A stretch of 64,000 bases of DNA from Dicyema japonicum. Lineage: Eukaryota > Animalia > Dicyemida. The notes below the pieces were generated by a model. That model saw only the letters and a program-made list of their open reading frames with translations. It searched no databases and had not been told where the DNA came from. Positions 12,351-26,000 of the stretch are shown here, piece after piece. The first letter of the stretch is position 1. Every line of letters begins with the position of its first letter. The position numbers and the translations under genes were made by a program. Location of the stretch: positions 322,395 through 386,394 of the forward strand of contig RDEW01000001.1 in NCBI GenBank assembly GCA_011109175.1. Direction: 5' to 3'.

Positions 12351-12989
12351 GTGCAGAATACTATGAATTCACGAATGTGTTGCTGGAGAGTTCATATTGA
12401 ACCAGCTGCCGTAGAAACAAAAGGACCCACAGGAATTAGTTACGATAGCATAAATCCTCTAAAAATAAAAATTGTCCATCTAACAAACCTCTCACTCATT
12501 TTTTCCTCCCTGCTTGACAAATCTGCAATCCGGAATAGTGAATATGGTAAATTAAGAAAGAAATCCACGTCTCTAAAATTCTGCTGAAAGAAAAGCGTCG
12601 TGGCCCACGTATCAGTGATAAGTTTAGGTTTCTCAATTTAGCGTGCTGAAATAACATGCTAATAAGCTGGAGAAAAGCCAAGATGCAAATTCGTCCATTA
12701 ATTTTATGTGCACCACCTCATCACGACGATTATGTTATAAACCAGGCATATCTAACGTGTTGCCCGCACAAAGGATTTTTATACAGTAAATGACATTGTG
12801 GGAGACCGCGTCATTAAAATGAAACCACCAGAGAAAACCATTGGATTTCTGTCAATGACGTCAAATTGACGTGTCGTGGTTGTGAGATTTCTGCTTAGTC
12901 AGAAGACGTTAATAAGCTTAAACTTTTTTTTAACTTTAGCAAATTTTATTATTAAAGGAATGTAAAGAATGTATTATTTTGAGGTTTCT

Positions 12990-13790
12990 TACCACAAGAC
13001 CTGCAATAGCTTGGACTCTCCTACTGCGACCTTAACCCCTCTATGGTTCATTCCGTTTGGTACATACGAGTCAATGATGCCATCCCGTTTCGGTAGTTTG
13101 CCATCCTTTTCTCTGTTACTTCTCAATAGCAAATCTTCGTCATCATATAAAGTCTCATAAGCCGTTTGTGACAATCTTGATACCTGTAATCCTCGTTTTT
13201 CAAGAAGGAGATAAAACACTCCTTGCATGCAGTGTAATAGCACTCTTCAAGTCCATAGAGAAGTGATAGAATGACCGTAGGTGAAAAAATAAACGAAAAC
13301 ATCCGCTTCGAGCCTGATGTGCTTTTTTCCTGATGAGTTTAAAGTTTTATAAAGCAGTTCCAGTTTTTCAAAAGCTGTTCCGAGATACTTCAAGCATTGC
13401 ATACCATCGGTTCCACATAGAAAGCCTTGCTGATTCCCTTTCCATTTCCGCTGAAGAATCTTGCATTAGATTTTTTCTGACAACTTTTCCTTGGAGACCA
13501 AACGAGACTCATATCTCTTCCACATTTACATTGCCTCATTTCCCCGAAGTCACACCAATCTCGACACATCAGACAGTAGTAATTTGTCTACTTATATTAG
13601 AGATTTCGTACTTAATGACATCGGAGACTGGAAACTAGCCATTAGAACGTTAAAAATAGATGTTTCAAAATTGATTCCTGATGCGTCCATGTAGAACCAC
13701 CATAATAGTTAAAAGACGTCAATTCCTTGCAGTTGTGGAAATCTATCCAGTGGAGTGATGAAGAACAAATGATCCTTTTTAGTGCCAGCT
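12990..13790 (-). mobile_element. Degenerate non-LTR reverse transcriptase relic (tentative)
   Basis: GTKKDHLFFITPL..QLQGIDVF*LLWWFYMD resembles RT domains 2a-3 and CLKYLGTAF resembles domain 7. Multiple stops. Homologous to 40850-41010. Confidence 0.45.
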
Positions 13791-13849
13791 TGGCACGGGC
13801 GTTACCCGACAGGTAGATGACATGATGTCACTCTAGTAAGAAGTCAAGA

Positions 13850-16150
13850 GTCGTTCTTGAGAACTAATTTCAATAAGTAAAATTTCATTCTTTACCTTAT
13901 CGTGGAGGTCTATTAAACCTGACATGAGTATCTGTCTTTATGGATGTGTCTAGCCGGATATCGACTATGAATATTGATTATAGAATTGACAGAATACGTC
14001 TTCAGTCTCTGACTTCATGATGTCGTACATTCTGCTTTGTTCAAATGTATGCACCTCCTTGGAGGAGACAATATCTTGTTTCTACTCACTGACTAAACCA
14101 CTCAGAGGATCCAACAACATCAATATTTTCATCTTCGCAACAATTATAAAGTATTGACTTTCTGATACTATCCGTCGGGGATTTCTGTCGATATTCTTTA
14201 ATTGCGCTAAGGCTTACATTGGTAGAGTCCATCTTATCCTTGAAAGCAAGAAATCAACGATTTGGTCATGTATGTTTTCTTAGCTTTTAGGACCCGAAAG
14301 ACCCGCATGCTTCCATTTTTTCTAAGACAAATTATAGACTTTTTTTGCAAATCACCAGGCATTGAAACAACATACACTCAATTTTACGAAAAATTGAAAT
14401 AAACATCTCTCCCAAGTTTAACAAGATAAATACAATCTTCCGTTAAAATACCATTTCAAAATCAATAGACTCGATCGGTTCAATTTCAATTAACCTTCAT
14501 GATGCTGCTGGGACGATCCTCTAAACTCCGAGGTAGCGATAGCTTTCATTTCCATCCGGAGATTTTACATCCTTCATTCCAGATAAGAGGCAGACTTCTC
14601 AGAACTCCTTGTAAGCCCAACAACACTGAGCTACTCATAGATCTCATTTATCATTTTCATCGTTGTATCTTCCAGTAAATATTTTTAAACCATCAATAAA
14701 AATTAAGAGATTGGTTGTATACGTCATCAATGATGAATTACTTTGGGATATAGATAATTTTGGAAATTTATTGTTTAGACTTATGCAAAAAACCAATGAC
14801 TAACACAAAAAGCTGCAGAAGCAACGAATCTCATCGCAATGTACCACGATTTAATTTAACCATCCTAATACTTTCTCTTTTGAAATTTAGAGTAACTTTA
14901 AATAGGCTTATCAGGCTCTTCACAAACCTTCCAATCGACATTGGGAGGCCTGAACAATTAAAGCATAGCAGAGAAAACCATGGTCCACAGAGACTTACTC
15001 CTTCTCTACATCAATCCACGAAACGAATAGTTTGTTTCAATAATGACTGTTTATGCACTGATTTATCAAGGCTTGCTCTTTCGCCTCTTGAAACATCATC
15101 TTTACCCCCAATTTAATATCAGAAATAATTTCGAACACTACCAAATAATCTGTAAATTTTGAGTTATCACATTGTGTAACCGATTTATGCAACCAGTCCT
15201 CAGTCACAATCCGCTCAAGGACGGACCTGATCTCATCCAGAGAACGGTTCACCTCAACATCTTCCTCACATAGGGGTCTTTTCCAAAGTCGGTGTTTAGT
15301 GGAGCTCATATGCTGAACCAACCGCCTAGCCTGAAACTAACCAAGAGGCATACACTATCGGTGTATTTTGAGTACCTCTCCTACAGAGACCGCAATCTGG
15401 CCACCTCGTTCTGCATCTTCCTGGCACGTTCAACGTCTATACCTTTACTACTGCTCTCGTGGTCCGTTAGACTGAAGGCAGACTTTACAATGTCTTCGTT
15501 CATTTCGAGGAATGCTTTGATGTCCCTCTCCATTTGGATTTTCGTACTAATCTCACAATCGAACCAGACCTTCATTAAATTATGAATATTATCCCGCATT
15601 CTCTGCTTGGAGATGTGCTCGAGTGGGGAGCACAGTTGCTCAGCCAACGATTACAGAACAAGCGACATTTTTGTTAATGTCTACTGTGGAAAACCACTGT
15701 CCGACCTCGTCTTGAGCTATTCTGGAAAGAGCTTGACGTTCGATCTGCCATTAGAAAAAATCGAACCCTTTTCAGTTGATCTGACGGAATCTCGGGATCA
15801 CTGGTTTTGTGAAAGGTAATTAGCTAAGTAACTTAACGTTTTGCCTTACTTTTGTTGGAGATAAGGTCAGTGACATACATTATGCTTTGTAAAAATAACA
15901 ATGATCTCAAAACCGATTAATTCCATGTTATCAGAGATTTCCATCCTGTTCTTTCCATTGATGAGTGATCTGGGATTATTCGTAAAGTTAATTAAAATCA
16001 GTGTAATTTCCAAGTTTAAGTTGTTTAAGCATGTATGAATGCTCAGATGGATTAAAATCAGTCTAGAATACATTTTTTTCGTTACATCATCAGGAATAAC
16101 ATCCCGAAGTATTTCATAGTCTTCCTGAATATTAGAAATCAGTCTACTTA
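13850..16150 (-). mobile_element. Long degenerate NeSL/R4-like RLE non-LTR retrotransposon
   Basis: In order on the minus strand: EAKEQALINQCIN..LFVSWIDVEK..SVDH (RT 2a-3), NLLIFIDGLKIF (decayed YMDD motif), ESYRYLGV, ENIDVVGSSEWFS, RCIHL, IRLDTSIKTDTHVRFNRP..HDKVKNEILLIEI (RLE). Confidence 0.85.
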
Positions 16151-16289
16151 CCGGTTAAAAATAAACTGTTAAAAATTACTCATCTTAGATATCAACAAAA
16201 AATAACGTTAAATTTAAATACTTTTGTATTTTTTATTATTATGAAATAAAACAAATAATTAAAATAAATTAAATAATTACAATTTTAAT

Positions 16290-16705
16290 GTGGTTGGAAC
16301 ATTGTCAGATCACCTCCACTGGAAAACCAACATTCTCCCAGCAGTGGATCACATTTGTATGAGGAACCTCCAATTCTTAAATTTAACCATTGAACCAGAC
16401 CACCCTTGTCATTTCCAGACTCACGCGAAGAACTAAAGTAAACTAATCCCTACTATAACGCACCTGTTGTTTTGTAAATTGGCAAAAATTCCTCAGCCAC
16501 CTCCTGACAAAACCATTTCAAAGAAATTACAATTACTCTACTAAAGGCATCGGAGGAGTGGTTTGGACGATGTACTGGATACTCTTCCCTCAATGATGAT
16601 GATTCGGAGAGGACCTTTTGACAGAAAAACAAGGTGGACGCTAGGATGATTAATATCTGGGCAATTAATTCTAATAGACGTATTGTGCTCTTGGCTTGCT
16701 CCACC
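16290..16705 (-). mobile_element. Gypsy-like pol relic
   Basis: EEYPVHRPNHSSDAFSR resembles HRPG..N..ADALSR. VGFPVEVI*QC resembles the integrase GxP..I.sD motif. Confidence 0.4.
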
Positions 16706-16879
16706 GATTAATTATACTGATTCTACAAGATGCTCTCTCCTGCCCTGGAACTACTGTGAACATCAGAGACCTCAGACTAACAGCATCTGGGAAAGCTAGC
16801 CTCTTACAAGGTAGGGAGATCGGGTTAATAACTAATTAATAAACGATATTCAACATCAGAAGAATTTCCTCTTCAATAC

Positions 16880-17160
16880 GAAGAACACAGTTGACAGAGG
16901 ACCTCAATCGTTATGGAGTTTCAGTTGCTTGCTTGATTTTTTTCAGTGTAACACGGCACTCAAACTTCGGGCGAGACATGTGACTACTTGGGAGGGACAA
17001 AGGAAAAATCAGAATGAGGAGACAGTTCCCATCTACAATCAAATAGATTACATAATCACTGCGCCGTAATCTTAATGTACATTAAGGGACAGTGGAACAC
17101 TTCCATTTAGTGACAATAAAGTTGTTGTCTCTAGATTTAAACTACACTTAACCTAAAAAT
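16880..17160 (+). mobile_element. RTE-type APE endonuclease fragment
   Basis: CNTALKLRARHVTTWEG...IYNQIDYII...FSDNKVVVSRFKL. Confidence 0.75.
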
Positions 17161-17333
17161 TAAGAGGCAGATCGAGAACATGCGATAATTCTCTTTGAAC
17201 ATATAATCGGGAGTTATTTTCAACGTTGTAAACACACAGTAACCCTACAGATCCAATAAGTTAGAGATTTAACCCAGAGTTTTTCAGAATTTCAAATTAA
17301 ACGAATCATTTGGTGATTTCCTTCAATTTTTAA

Positions 17334-18080
17334 TTGATGCAAGTCTTCATGGCATTATTATATCGCACAAATGCAGTTTCCAAAGGAGTTCCACAAGGTT
17401 CAATTCCATCGCTTTTACTATTTAACTTATTCTTGATTGATATCCCTCAACCAAATTTGAATAACTTTCTTCCAATATCTTATGCAGATGATTTAATATT
17501 TGCAGCAAAAAAAGTGAAAAAAACTTGTGTTAAATCAATGTACGTTAACAAACTATAAGATTGGCCGTCCTACAATATATTGAAGATAACTCCATCAACA
17601 GTCACACTCCTCATCCAATAAAAAACAATCCAAAATTTACCAAAAACTTCTCATTTTAGAAACCCTCTCCCACCATCAAATCTTTAAAAATTCAAGGTAC
17701 AGTATTGGACACCACATGTATTTCTCTAAACATATAAAGAATATATAAATAAACTAAAACCTCTTTGGTAGAATGGGCTCTACTATGCCCCGAACATAAA
17801 AAAAAGTGCAGAAAATTCAATACACCGCCTTACGGATTTGATCTGTCACGAAAAGAAATCTATTGACCACATTCATGCAAAATGTTATCTATCTCCGATT
17901 CCCTTGAAATGTTGTCAATAAAATAGACAACGCAAGATTTAGTCACCTGCCAAGGGTCTCCTTTTATCTAGACCCTCGCGTCTGGAAAACCTATGGGAGA
18001 ATCAGTTAATAGTTGCTAATTTTCATGGGTTCATCTAGTTCTTAGGAAAGCCGTGACAATTCGAGGATGAATAATAACAA
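17334..18080 (+). mobile_element. Jockey/I-like LINE RT and C-terminal relic
   Basis: KGVPQGSIPSLLLFNLFLIDIP...SYADDLIF, with a downstream IDHI...LW C-terminal region. Confidence 0.85.
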
Positions 18081-18434
18081 TAGTATCCAACGAATTCAAT
18101 AAACTGGCTGCATCCGTAGTTTAATGCCTGGGGGAGATTTATGAGGCACCAACCTTTATCAAAAATTGTTTTTCGACAAACCCCAATTTGGAAAGAATTT
18201 TTTGAGAATCTATACCGACTATTTTGTAATCAAAAACATTAGCTTAACGATGTTGTTGTTAAAGTATCCAAAACAGCTTAGATAACTTTAAACTTGGTCA
18301 TTCAACTTTATTATACATATGAAAGGTCCTTAAGAGAATTGGTGGGCGAATGGAAATAAGAACCAATAACTCTTCCTAAACATCGATCTCGAGGTTTTGT
18401 GCGGTAATTCTGAAATGGATCACGGCAACACTAT

Positions 18435-18760
18435 AATAATCACTCACGTGATCCAGGCACTATTCTGTAGATGATCTTCCCTTAATCCCACGCATACACA
18501 TATGGGTGGAAAACTGGGTGTCCATAGTTGAACTATCCCAAACCTCGGTTCACAAAAAGTAAAGATTCCATAGGCGTTAGAGAGGAGTTTTCTTCACAAG
18601 TCCACCATTTTGTAACTTTGAATGGCCTTTTCTGAGTAAATTCGATTTATGACATTTGTCTTTGAAAAAAGTGGACCCTCTAGGACAATGTTTAAGAGAT
18701 GCATGGTTCAATGCACTGCTTGTAGACAGCTTCTATGATAGGGTTTTTTTCCGATCCTCC
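18435..18760 (-). mobile_element. 3' fragment of the ...EDH...IT-stop LINE family
   Basis: Ends LREDHLQNSAWIT*, like MEDHRRRMAQVIARTGIT* at 61550. Confidence 0.5.
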
Positions 18761-19534
18761 ATAATCCATTATTCCATGTTTATAAAAAACAAAATCTAAA
18801 TTAAAAATAGTTAAAATTTCTGAACCATTTTAAACAAGTTTCACGGCTCAACCATCGAACAGTATAAATAAATCTCCAGAGCCAGCAACATATCTCCAAG
18901 AAATTGCTTGAAATTACGATTATCGAGAGCATGCGCCTGAATTTCGAAAAAGAAGATTTTTTTCCTCCCATTCGGGGTTAAATGCACGATTTCTTGAATA
19001 AACTTTATACTTCTTTTGAAGCGTTTTTTCTGATATCACTAGGAATATTAATGATATTAATTAATTTAAATTAAATTCAAAAAATATTTAACATAAAAAC
19101 AATAGTTAAAATATATAATATTTTTATAATTTATTATATTCGTATTCCTTACAACTGGTATGCGATCTAACCAACTATGACGTCTTTTGCTGTTGTCGAC
19201 TAAAAACAAAAAACGACCGTACAGTACTGTTTGGAAAATTCCATTTTTTTATACTCCCGTCGGCCTGCCTACATTATGGTTTCGGATTTGCAGTCCATCA
19301 GGATTTGACTCACTACGTTACAAGAGTGTGGACATTGTCTGATATTCTAATGGAAATGGCAGACGACCTGGACTACCTAAGAGATCTAGTTGGCAACAAA
19401 GATCATGGTCAAAGCTAACGAAGAGGATGGTTAGGAATACGGCACAAGGGAAACTTAAGTCATTTTATGTTTTCTTGGGAGTTTTTTTTAATAACAATTT
19501 TATAATTTTATGCGGGGACAGCACATGGACCGCC

Positions 19535-19548
19535 GTTGAAAACCACTG
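19535..19548 (-). mobile_element. Orphan hAT TIR
   Basis: Reverse complement CAGTGGTTTTCAAC. A similar orphan (CAGTGGTTCTCAACC) lies at 24437-24451 in the same orientation. Confidence 0.45.
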
Positions 19549-21149
19549 GTTTATACCATCGTGCATTGACGAATATATGAAAAGAGGAAGTACCACTGCA
19601 TCATAGACCGTTATTTTAAAAAAATTTGTTTGAATTTAAAAAAAATAAAAAAAGTTTATATTTCCTGTCTCCCATTTTGAAATCTCACTTCCCATGAGTA
19701 AATTTAACTATTTTTCTTTTAAGTATTTATGTCGTTTACAAGTAGTTTTGTTGGAGAATGCAATAATAAAAAAATGTAATCCTTGAAACTGATGAATTTT
19801 TGTAAAAATTTGAATACCAGACTTGATTCGACACAAAGTCTAATACAGTAAACTCTCTCAAATATGCCATTCTTAAATTTGCCAATTCAGAAATTTGCCA
19901 TTTTTATCGATTTTTTCTATTTTTCAATGATATTTACCAATTCTGAAATTTGCCAACATTTTTAAAAATTATTTTTATTTTTTTTAAATATTTTTTAAAT
20001 TTTTAAAATAATTTAAAGCAAGCATGGTTTGGAATATTCTTGTTGGAGGCTACACCAGAATTTCAATTGCTGAAAAAGTGGAAATATTGCGGTATAAAGA
20101 AACCAATAAATCAGCTCCATGTCAGACTATATGCAACAGATTTTCTTCTATTTTTATAAAGAGAATCTCAAGAAGGATAGTCATTTCTATGTTAATGAAT
20201 GTAGAATGTTTTTATTTCAGTCCAAGAACAGATATCCTAAACTAAAAACTTGTAAAAAATTAAAATATCCAGAGCTTGATGAAAATCTACTAGATTAGAT
20301 TGACTCAATGGAATCAAAAGGTACACTATTTACTCTAACATTTAAGGAGTTTCATTGAACGGTTTTCTAATATTACATAAGGAATAATTTTTCGCTAAAG
20401 AACTTTAGCTAACAAATTTTAAAAATTCTTATGGGTTTTTGAATAAATTAAAGAAAAGACATTGATTTCGAATACGTAAATTACACGGCGACTGAAAATC
20501 ATGTGGATATTGATGGCTTTTTAAAAGAATTTGAAGTTTCAAAAAAGATACTCGTCTGAAAATATTTATAATTTGGATGAGACGGGAATATTTTATAAAT
20601 CGATTCCTTCTCGAAGTATTTGCAAATCACCTTTCGGCGGATATAAAAATTTCAAGGATTGAGTATGTCATGCTTTGCGACAATATGTCAGGGACACATA
20701 AGTTAAAACCACTATTGATCGGAAAACCAAAGATGCCCCGATGTTAAAGAGATTAAAATTCCTTAGTTTCTTGTTACAATTCTTAAAGGGCATGGATGAC
20801 TTTATCATTTTTTACGACTTGGATTACGAATTTTGACAATCTATTGAAAATTGAAAAAAGATCTATTTTCTTATTAATCCATTGCCCACCTCATATAGAA
20901 AATATCAAATTTATGTTTATTCCAAAGTACAGGACTTATTCTACCTGTGGATCTGGGAATCATCAAAATTTCAAAATTCATTTTACAAGGCACAATTTAC
21001 TATATTAAACGGATATATTGGAATGCGAGAAGAGCTAAGTATATGAATCAAATAAGAAGTTAAATCTTAGGGATACTGTACTGTTTGTAAAAATGTCATA
21101 GGGAGATGTGAACTCTCAAACAATTTCAAACTGTTTGAAACTTCTAGAA

Positions 21150-22412
21150 CAGAGGTTGTCAAACGGTGTGCCGCGAGACAATTTCTAGTGTGCCGTCTGC
21201 CAAATACAAATTTGAATAAATTTATATACATTTTTTGACCTAATTAATTTAAAAGAATAAACAAATTAAAATAATTACTAAAATTAAAATAATCATTTTT
21301 ATTATATATTAAATGACATTTACATTGGTTACCATTATTTTATTAATTTTTTAATAACGTGCGCATCAACGTGCTTATGGGTAAATCAGTTCGTCGTTTT
21401 TATAAAGATTCTTATTTGCCATTTGGATTTATATGCAAAGATAAAAATAAACTACCTCAATGTCTAATTTGCATGGAAGTCTTGGCAAATGATGCTATGG
21501 TATCTAGCAAACTAAAGAGACATAAGCATTAACGAAGGTTTTTGAATTAAAGGACGAAATGTGTGAGTTTTTTTTTAAATTGGAAGGGCATTCTGAATTT
21601 GTTGAAAAAATTCAGTGCAAGTATGCAAGGAGTTCTGACACTATTTTATCGTCGACGGACAAATTAAATTTTTTGAAAATGAAAATCAGTTTTTTGGAGA
21701 AAAAGGGTTTTAGATGTCGATTATACTATGTTTCCTAATACGAATGGTTTATTTTATATTTTAATTATAATAAAGACATAATGGTGAATCGATACAGGGA
21801 CTGATTAATGAACATTTAATAATTTTGGGAAACAAAATGGATGCTTATTTTCCAGACTTAGAAATTGAAAAATTCGATTGGGTTATTATTTTTTAAATAT
21901 TTTTTAGATACGAAATCCTTTTCTTGTGTCAGAAAAACACTTATCTGTTAAAGAAAATGAAGAACTTATTGCACTGTTTAATGATCGATCCTTAAAATTA
22001 ATGATGACGGAGTTAGACATTGGAGAATTCTGGATATATCTTCGAAACATATATCCCAGTTTATCAAAACAAGCACTGACCATAATTTTACAGTTTTCAA
22101 CGACCTATTTATGCGAAACAGGTTTTTCTACGCTGCATAATATGAAATATAACAAATTTGAAATTTTGAGAAACATTGATGCTGAAATGCGGGTGGCTTT
22201 GTTAACCATTCGACCTGATGTTGATGATTTATGCAAAAACAATAATAATTAAGATTTTATTTTTTTATTAATAAAAATGTGGGCATTAAATTAACAATTT
22301 TTGTACTTAGTTTTACACATCTTAAAAATTTAATTTTTTATATTTTAATGTGTGCAGTGGATTAATTTTTTACGATTAGTGTGCCGCGATAATTATTTTT
22401 TGAAATGCTCTG
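21150..22412 (+). mobile_element. Internally deleted hAT (Buster/Charlie-type) element nested in the Tigger
   Basis: TIRs cagaggttgtcaaa / tttgaaatgctctg. 8-bp TSD ttctagaa / gtctagaa. LSKQALTIILQFSTTYLCETGFS dimerization motif. Confidence 0.92.
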
Positions 22413-22844
22413 GTCTAGAAGGTGCGGAATGCGAATCAGAACTTACTAACATAAATGTGACCGATGAAATCGTATCCACAACAGATATTTATAATCCTAT
22501 TGAATTAGAAGAATTTATTTCAATTGACTACAATGAGGCAATTGATGAAGAGGTGAAATTAATTGATATTGAGGAACAAGAAGAATCCTGTAGTGTAGAA
22601 GTACATGAGTCATTAAATAAGGCTGAAATGCTTAAAATTAAGAAAGATTGAAAATTATCTTCTAGAAAACATTGAAAATGACAATGATGCAGAGTTCATT
22701 AATTCAATAAGAAGATATAAGAAAATATTAAAATTTCTTATAAGGGGAATTGGGAATTGAGTATTACTCTAATAAAATAAAATTAATTTTTGTTTCCTTG
22801 TTTAAAAATATTGTTTTCCTTAAAAATAAAATTTATTAATAAAT

Positions 22845-23880
22845 AAAATAATAATAACGAGTAAATTAACTAATTAAGCGTATTTTGATCCAGATTGTTG
22901 GTAATCCCTCTTCTTTTCTTAGAAGAGTGTGCCATAACCTCCCTGTTACTCGCATCTCCACATCAGATTCAGTCAAAATATCTCCGTTAGAGTCAAGTGG
23001 GCTGTCCTCACGGCATGCCAGTTCCACAAGTTGGGGGGTAGCAGAGGCGTACTCTTCATCGTATACCTTCATCCCATGCTTATGTTCAATGAGCATACTT
23101 TCGAGCGTTCTCTTCGATTGTAAGTCCTCGTTGATTCTTCAATAGATGATTTATCCATATGATTCTTGAAGCATCTTGAGACAACTCCATCCCATGTCAA
23201 AACCACTGGAATAATCTTCACTTGGCATTCATAGAGCAGCGAAAGTTCATTTGCTAGCAAGTCATATTTGTGAAGTTTCTCAACTTCAACTTGCTTTAGT
23301 CGGTCTTGTGAGGTAGTCCCCACTTCAATTAAAATTACTTCCTTCTTTTATTTTGTCATACACGAAAATATCGGGTTTATTGTATTGGACTTTTGTTTCT
23401 GTCAAAATCGTCGTGTCAACTCTAATTTCGACATTTTGATTCGTCAATATTGACTGAACCGAATGTCCTTTCAATTTCCTGCTTCTTTTGATTCCATAAA
23501 TTCGACAAAGATGAAGATGGATGCACTTTACCACTTCATTATGTCTTCGGAGATAATCACTATTTAGCATTTTACCACACTGAGTGGCCAAATGATCAAC
23601 AGTTTTCTTGCTTTTTTTACAATGGTTGCATAATGACCCTGTGTGTGCAAAAAACAAATTCCTATCTTGCAAAAGACAGTACAATGCTTCGCTCCGTGGG
23701 CCGTTATTTCCTTTGGATAACCATTCTGAGGAAGTATATAGGTCGACATTTGTTTCATCAATACATTTGAACATAATTGAGTGTAGTGTTCTGCAATAAA
23801 TTTTATTTAATAAATATTTTTTCTGAGTGTCCTTGAGGGACTTAATATCCATGCTTTCCTTGTCGGCAATTGCATATTTA
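22845..23880 (-). mobile_element. 5'-truncated NeSL/R4-like RLE LINE nested in the Tigger
   Basis: QDRNLFF..CNHCKKSKKTVDHLATQCG..RRHNEVVKCIH..NKPDIFVYDK; EVGTTSQDRLKQVEVEKLHKYD. (TTA)n tail. Confidence 0.93.
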
Positions 23881-24789
23881 AATTTATTAATAATTATCTT
23901 TAAATAAATGAATTAAAACTTCAAATAAAATTTTATTCTGAAATCTGCCAATTCTCAAATTTCCACAATTTCGCTGGAACCAAAAATGGCAAATTTGAGA
24001 GAGTTTACTGTATCAATTAATTTGCTCACTTCTCAATAATTAAGTGATATGAAGTGATATTACTGTATCACTTCTCAACAAGATATGAAGTTGGAAACTA
24101 CAAGATTTTCTGAAAGATCGAATTACACAAATTTGGAAACTTTTCATTAATTTTTGAATTGTTCCAAAACTGATAAATTAGAATTTCTTATAGTTTATTT
24201 AATAAGATGTATTTTTTGTACTTCTTGAATGGATCAATCTTCCATAAAGAATATCAAAATTTAGCAAATCTGAAAACGCAAAAGAGTGATGATGTATAAA
24301 TTTCAAAATTCATCCTCTTGCGACTTTTTCGAATTCAGTAACAAATTTCATTTTCTTGGAAATAATAATACAAGTCGATTTCTATAAAAATTAAAAAAAT
24401 CAATAATTAAAAATCCCAAAGCCCAATTTGGCAATAGGTTGAGAACCACTGGTTCATACTTTATAATTGTATAAAGTAAACTGAATAGTTCTTGCAGTTG
24501 TAGTTACCCCTCCAGTGGAATGGGGAGACCACATGATCATTTTAATAATAATTTTCGCGTCACCCTGGCAATAGGCGCCAGATGAGGGAAGTGGATTAAA
24601 TGGGACTATTCCCATAAAGCTGAATAAGTGAAAGAACAGAGGAAAAGAAAAGAAATCTGAACAAATTGCCAATGGAAAAAATCTAATCAACAGATTATTT
24701 TTAATGATGACATCGAAAGTACTAACTGACAAACAAACTCAGCTTTATTTACTAGAAAAATAATTTATTTAAAAACCTAGTATTACCGA

Positions 24790-26000
24790 AAAAATTTATT
24801 TATTTAACAACCCAAGACCACGGTAAACCAAACTAATTATCACGTGATCCAATGCATTCCAACAGCGACCTCATCTTTAGCCTGTTCGTTTCCTCGTGCC
24901 GCGCAAGACCGTTCAGGATGGCTGATGATTCAGTCGCATAAGGGTCTCCAGAGGCGTCGGTCTGGTAGATGATTTCCACAAATCAACGCTCAGCAAATCT
25001 GAAAGTTTTCTTTTGCATTTCCTCGATATCCTCATATAAGACATGGACGATCCTTACGATGCGAATGAGAAGCGTGTATCTCTGTACTGTTTGTACACGT
25101 TTATCATGACCGGGTGAATACCAATCTTCCACGTAGCCGATAATATTTTTACTACGTTCAGTTTCTTTTCGAATTTCGAAGAATTTTTATACGTGTGGTG
25201 TCAGACACAGATTCACATCAAGTGTCACAACCAAGATCATTTGACATCAGTTGAAATGGATGTCGACCTTATTTAACTTCAAGGTGAATGTCTTCTTTCC
25301 TAATCTTTTGTCAGAGGTAAAAAGGGACTTTTTGCGATTTACCAATAGCCGGTTTTCCATTATCCATGCGTTTTGCCGGGCCAGGTTAATCTGTATTCTT
25401 TATGGAGCCTTATCAATGTCCCAATCTCGCAAAGCCAAAACAATATTATCCGCATAAGAGAGTAGAACGTTACTATTAGGTTCCAGAATCGGGAGATCGG
25501 CCAGAATGAAGTTAAACATAGCAGGGGATTTTTAAATGTCTCGGTATTTTTTGCAAATCCGAGTGGAATGATGTCGGTCAATATTTTAACTATGAGATCT
25601 CTCATTTTTGAATCACCGGCAAAATAATTATTATTGACCCCAGGCTTACAATCTTTAGTAAGCTCAGCAGAAACAATCATAAATGATTAGTCCAAAGAGG
25701 GAATCCAAATGAGAACGTCTGCTTTTCCGACCAAATCCATTTTCCAATACTCCATCACAGGATTCTGCTTCCTAAGAGAGGTGAGAAGTAGGTCCACCCT
25801 CTTCCTACCGTCGCGACATCACTTCACTCTTCGGCGGAATAGTTTTCGTAATGTAATCTTCATTAGAGGATTTGTTCAGAAAGAATGCAGGAAGATCCCT
25901 TTCAACTACTGTATCATGGCAGAAAGACTCATCGCCAAGCGCATTTCCTCGCAAATCGTCAAGGGAAATGCTCTCAATTATGATGGGAACCAGTAGTTGT
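24790..26000 (-). mobile_element. Deleted Jockey/I-like LINE
   Basis: KSPAMFNFILADLP..LLSYADNIV..WIMENRLLVNRKKS. Ends GMHWIT*, followed by a 3' UTR and (TAAA)n. Confidence 0.85.

Larger units (their letters stand above)
1..12908. repeat. Large imperfect palindrome, arms ~1-6455 and ~6480-12908; may extend left of the window
   Basis: cgtcttctgactaagcagaaatctcacaac at 1 is the reverse complement of 12879-12908. Every internal feature is mirrored (ORFs 1294/11626, 5113/7800, 5941/6970). The central spacer is only ~25-60 bp near 6455-6480. Confidence 0.97.
19846..24010 (+). mobile_element. Tigger/pogo DNA transposon with both TIRs and a decayed transposase, carrying two nested insertions
   Basis: TA|cagtaaactctctcaaatatgcc ... 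ggcaaatttgagagagtttactg|TA. KYPELDENLL (CENP-B HTH), NIYNLDETGIFYK, GTHKLKPLLIGK. Confidence 0.92.

Noticed and set aside
1-12908. Palindrome as a simple fold-back read artefact
   Set aside because: The arms differ by many substitutions and by region-specific divergence, which one molecule read twice would not give. Joining of two haplotypes is not excluded without reads.
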